Positions 32,501-37,274 of a stretch of 37,274 nucleotides of DNA are shown one piece after another (within the stretch, counting starts at the first letter, position 1; every line of letters starts with the position of its first letter). Position numbers and translations under genes: made by a program. The stretch comes from Hyphochytrium catenoides (Eukaryota > Protista > Hyphochytriomycota), in the NCBI GenBank assembly GCA_900088475.1, contig FLMG01000464.1, forward strand, positions 1-37,274. The letters run 5' to 3'. The notes under the pieces were generated by a model that was not told the DNA's origin, searched no databases, and saw nothing but the letters and a program-made list of their open reading frames with translations.

Positions 32501-35071
32501 CATCGCAGAAATGTACGCGGTTCATGGTGAGAGAAAGACAAGAACAACGAGAAAGGCAGGATAAGAGGTTCTCTCTGGGATTCTACTGGCGCTCACGTTA
32601 TAGGCGAACAGCCTTATCAAGAAGAGAAACGGTTAAGAGCACAGAGGAAACTTTTCTACTCTGGTACCTTCTCTACGTTCTGAGTCCTGCCATACGCGGT
32701 GAGCAGGACATTGTAGGTGACACGGGTAGGTTGGATCCCCTCTGCCAGCATCTCCTGAATGAGCTCGTTTACGCGCTCCGGTTGGAGCCCCTGATGGAAG
32801 TGCCCGAACAGCATTTAAAAGAGAGACTTTCGTAAGTGCCGAGCAAGTTCAAGCTAGATCTGGCCAAGACGTAAGACCAGGGAAGGAAAGTCCATTGCGG
32901 TGCCGCAAGGGTGACTTTGCCATACAAAGGACCAAGGAGTTATAGCATCAAGAAGACGTACACGAAAGAAAACACGCAGGAAGGTTGAGCCCGCAGGCAT
33001 TCTAAAGAAGAACAACTCCTTCCTCTCCTCTCCTCTGTCGTCTTCCTTACATGTGAGTAGGCCTCCATCAGCGCGTGGTATGCGAATACCGTTCGCGGCA
33101 CCTGGACATTGCAAGAAGCAGGAGCAACAGAGCAAGAGTTTAGAATTGGAAACTAACTCTTGTAGGAACCCAAAGTAGTGCTTCGCAGGGACAGACAGAG
33201 AGACAGACGGAGAGGCACAGAGACACGGAGAGAGAAAAGATAGAGAAAGAGACTCAAGCAGAGGAGGAAAAGCGATAATCGGGCAGCTGTCTATTTTAAT
33301 GCTTAATGGAGAGGAGCAACGGTGGAAATATGTGTAAAGGGAGAGACAAAGCGACCTTCAGTTCCTTCATAGTGGCAAACGCGGACTCTGCGACCTGCAG
33401 TAGTCCCGCCCGGCCGTACGCAAGCATCACCTCTGTAAAGGTTCTTTTAGACGCTCTGATAGAGTTTCCTTGCATCTCGTGCAGCAGAGTTTTGATCTAA
33501 CCAATGAGCGAGTCAGACAATCTCGCATTGTATGAGATATGGGAGAGTGGAAAATGACTAGGGATGGTGAGAGATGATTGTCGTAAGATAAGGATGCGCA
33601 GGATAAAAGGACGTATATAGTGGCATGCTTGCCGAAATGTAGAACAGATTCCGAGTAGATTGAGAGTGGCGCGGTAAGGAGATAGAAAGAGAGAGAGAGA
33701 ACAGAGAAAGCAGAGAGTAAGAGGAAGAGAGACAAGGTGAGCGAGAGACAAAGAGGGAGCGGTCGATCAAGAGAGAAGAGAGAAAGAGGGATTGGAGGAC
33801 AACTGGAAGTAATCGGACTAGCGGGGACCAGATAGGGTCAAAGGTAGAAACAGAGACGTACCTTTCCGAACTTCTTTCTCTCCCCGTAGCCGTGTAGCAA
33901 GACGGAATAGGTCGTCTCGGTGGGCCGACAACCTGCAATGTCAAGTGAGTCAAGTGCGTAGGAGAGATAAGGAAAGAAGCGTCATGGGAGAGGGAGGACA
34001 GGAACTAAGGACGATCGGGCAGAGACGGGAACAATGGCGATATGGGGTCATATTGCGCATGGATCACCGCTCAGAGATCTTTTAGATCTCTCTCTCTGTC
34101 TCTCCCTCTCTGTTTCTCTCTCTCTGTGTGCTCTCTCCTTACGTCTTGTTGCATCTTCTGTTCATCGTATTTCTCGCTCTTTGTTTCGCTCAACATCATC
34201 TAGCCTGGTCCTCTTCTCCCTCTCTCCCCGCTCCCCTCCTTCTCTCTCTCTCTCTCTGCGTGTCCCTCCCGCTTCCCCTCTCTTTATTCTACCACCATTT
34301 TTCATTCTCTCTGAACTCTCCCGCATCCCCTTCTCTCCATCGGTGCCTCTACTCGTTCCAGTGCGCAACTCTCTTCACTTTGGCTGATTTACCTTCTTTC
34401 ATCATGGTCCTCAACGCGCTCTCTGCCTCTTCCATCTTCCCTTTCCTGACACAGGCGTGTATCCAGGAAGTATAATGGAAGACATTGGGTGGCACTCCTT
34501 TGTCTCTCATCTCCTCCAGCATCCGCCGCGCAATGCGAGCATTGCCTCTCTCCGCGAAGGACGTGATACTCGCCAGATACTCCCGCTGAAGGCGCGGCAC
34601 GTTGGAAGAGCTGTGAGAAAGAGTTCAAAAGAGAGGGGAGCGGACCAGGGCAGCGGCGTGAGGGGGCAAATAAAGGACTGGACAAGAAGGGACCCCAACC
34701 CGAGTACATGGCAGCCAGAACGCTACAAGGGAGACAGAGAGAAGGAGAGGAACAGAGAGAGAAGGAGACAGAGAGAGAAGAAGAGAAAATGCAGCAGGCT
34801 GGCCCGCAGAATTTTGGTAGGTGGGAGGGATAACTACATAGATTCTTAGAGCCTGTGGGGGAGTGACTGGGAGAGAGAGACACACATACTCACACAAACA
34901 CTAGTAAACTAGTAACGCAGAGCGAGAGAGACAGGAGGAGGAAGGAGAAGATAGCGAGAGATTACTCTCGAGGCACCGCAGGTAAAGGATAAAGTGAGGG
35001 TATGACTAGCTGCGTTGCGCTGCCAGCAGGAGACTGACAGGGTGAGAGCAGCTTCGAGGGTGCTCCGGAGA

Positions 35072-35125
<54 letters not shown>

Positions 35126-35429
35126 CAGAGAGCGAGAGCGAGAGAGAGAGAGAGAGGGCTAGAAAGCCAAAGACGATCAAGAGAGCAACAGCGACAGCAA
35201 GAGCGAAAAAGAATAGTGGTTCTTAGGTATGGGCTGACCTATTCTCATCCCCTTCTATCTTCCCATTCCCCTTGTCGGGCCGGACTGATAGTTTCTGATC
35301 CCAGGAAATGGACCGCTGGCCCTGCCTCTCCCCTCTGTGCCCTGCCTCCAAGACAGAGAGCGCTCGGTGCTGCTGTGAGAGTGGAGCAGATGGAGATGAG
35401 AGTCTCCTGAGAAAAGAGAGAGGGGCCAT
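29574..35429 (-). CDS. P-type pentatricopeptide repeat (PPR) protein, probably mitochondrial, multi-exon
   Basis: Tandem 35-aa repeats after splicing: MRDKGVPPNVFHYTSWIHAC, GCRPTETTYSVLLHGYG, VPRTVFAYHALMEAY, GIQPTRVTYNVLLTAYGR, ADKFSYSAALEAYASAG, NKKTFSILLKLYGR and GLEPSYRTYETLL. Putative exon 1 (35429-35239, MAPLSFLRRLSSPSAP..., presequence-like) splices in frame to 34610. The start is less certain than the repeat body. Confidence 0.9.
35074..35157. repeat. (GA)n microsatellite in PPR intron 1
   Basis: Read directly. Confidence 0.95.
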
Positions 35430-36159
35430 ATTAGGGGAGAGGAAAGAGAGAGCTCCTGCGATTAGCTTATTGCTCTCTATAGGAAGAGCACTCTCTCTTG
35501 CTCCGCGGCGTTGGACTTCAGAAGAGAGCCATCGCAGGAATAGACGGTTCTACTCTTCCGTGCTGCTGCCTGTTATGCGTGTTGACTCTGTCTGCTGGGC
35601 TGCAGATTTTGAAGAGAAAGGGGCCCAGCCATTAAGAAGCGAAGGCTTGTTGAGCAGCAAAGGAAGGCTGGAGATGTTGGCGACAATCAACAGCAGAGCG
35701 AGGAACAGTGACGGGGAGAAATAGTTGTGAAGAGAGAGAGAGAGAGAGAGAAGAGACATTGGGGCGTGATGACTGATGAAGCAAGAGAGAGAAAGAAGAG
35801 AGAGAGAGAAGAGAAGAGAGGTGAGAGACAGACAAGAAAGTAACTTTTGGGGATAAATGGCGTTGGGTGGTCGTCCGAGGAGAGATGCTGTTTTGCCTCC
35901 ACATAATAAACTTCCGCGACCTGATCCTACTCCCCCTTAGCCTTTTATACCTTGGGCAGAAGACTGATTTGACCTCAACATCAGCCGATACGAAGCCGCA
36001 AACTGTGGCATGTTAACATTGTGAGTTATCCTAAACATCCGCCGGCCTCTTGATCCTCACATAGATAAGCCTTTCGTTTATGCCCCTAACAAACTCCGCC
36101 CCTGCCCTAAAGCTTTGTTGCTCAAATCTTTTTGTCAAGATGAAGCGGAGCTCGAGAAG

Positions 36160-36271
36160 GGAGAGAGAGCCAGTGAGAGAGAGAGAGACAGAGAGAGNNN
36201 NNNNNNNNNNNNNNNNNNNNNNNNNNNNNNNNNNNNNNNNNNNNNNNNNNNNNAGAGAGAGAGAGAGAGAG
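36160..36271. repeat. (GA)n tract containing an assembly gap (N 36198-36253)
   Basis: Read directly. Confidence 0.9.
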
Positions 36272-36448
36272 GGAAGCGGGATGGAGAAAGCAGAACGAGG
36301 CTTTCATGATCCAGCAGCTCTTCAGCCCAAGAGAAGCAAGAGGACGGCGCTCGAAGGAGGGAAGGAATAGCTGAAGGAATACGGGGAATGATACTAGTGG
36401 CGGACCAGGGAGAGAAGGCGCAGCAGGAGACCAAGACAGAAGAGGCAG

Positions 36449-36751
36449 ATGGAGACGGTGGACAGCATCACTGAGAACATTCTCGCCATGGTCGGGGCGC
36501 GCGGCCTCCCGCAGCTCTCTCTGCCCCTTCCTCACGACGCAAAGCAAGTGGCGGCGCAGTCCATAGTCAAAGGAATGCTGGCTGCCAAGGTTCTCTCCTC
36601 TTCGTCCTCCACAGCATCGCTAAGGCAAGTCAGGAGCTTTCCCTTCACCGTTTGAAATGCCAGGCTTCCGCCGCTTCATTCTTGTTGTCTGCTCCTCTCT
36701 ATTTCTCTTTCTTCATCTCTTGAGCTATTGTTCCCCTATCGCCTATTTTCT

Positions 36752-36811
<60 letters not shown>

Positions 36812-37274
36812 TCTTTTCTCTTTCTCAACATGGTGAGCCCAGTCTCTCCTCTCCCCCGCAGTCCGCCTGGCATGTTAGCCCTACGCTCGTCATCGTAGTC
36901 GTCCTTTGCTCCCACTCTGTCTCCCATCCTTGCCTCCACTCTTCTCCGTTGCGTGACCGCTGGCCTCCTCCTTACCTCTTCATCCCTCCTATGATATCAT
37001 AGAGCACAGCGAAGAGCACCAGAGAGTTTCAAAAGGACTGAGTCAGCACTCAAGCTTGATCTTTCGGCGCTGGACTGGAGCCAGAGCTCTCTTCAGCCAT
37101 CAGAAGTCATAGGTCTCTCTCTCTCTCTCTTTCTCTCTTCTTTTCTCTTGCCTTTCAAGGCATGGTTCTCCTCTGCAGGATGTCGCCTGTCTCTTGTACA
37201 CTTCCTCTATTTATCCCCCTTGCCTTACCCTTGCTCTACCTCCTCTCTCTCTCTCACTCTCTCTCTCTCTCTCT
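36449..37274 (+). CDS. 5' part of an unidentified multi-exon gene running off the window end
   Basis: METVDSITENILAMVGARGLPQLSLPLPHDAKQVAAQSIVKGMLAAKVL... is protein-like. A possible AG|GCAAGT donor at 36625 joins in frame to an exon at 37003 (RAQRRAPESFKRTESALKLDLSALDW...), flanked by CT-rich intron-like sequence. No family recognised. Confidence 0.4.
36756..36809. repeat. (CT)n microsatellite
   Basis: Read directly. Confidence 0.95.

Noticed and set aside
3582-35429. Many in-frame stops breaking recognisable proteins, suggesting stop-codon reassignment or pseudogenes
   Set aside because: Every case examined resolves with ordinary spliceosomal introns under the standard code.

Overview
Intron-rich, gene-dense eukaryotic DNA, probably from a protist or alga. 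A stramenopile-like origin is only an inference. Most entries in the ORF track are exon fragments or antisense noise. Manual splicing (GT-AG introns, frequent CTAAC/CTGAC/TACTAAT branch points) recovers six recognisable genes. (1) A bacterial-type N-acetylglutamate synthase ArgA with a mitochondrial-like presequence (+, 666-3153). (2) A very large EML5/6-type microtubule-binding protein with three HELP/TAPE units, fused behind an N-myristoylated EF-hand module (-, 3582-18059). (3) A class I cyclic-nucleotide phosphodiesterase (+, 21891-25169). (4) An FBXO15-like protein with no visible F-box (-, 25455-27631). (5) V-ATPase subunit F (+, 28254-29303). (6) A P-type PPR protein (-, 29574-35429). 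There is also a cryptic 5-exon candidate gene absent from the ORF track (-, 20475-21622), a partial gene at the right edge, about 2.4 kb of unexplained sequence with small duplications, (GA/CT)n microsatellites and two N gaps. No RNA genes, CRISPR arrays or recognisable transposons were seen. All family assignments come from remembered motifs, not database searches.
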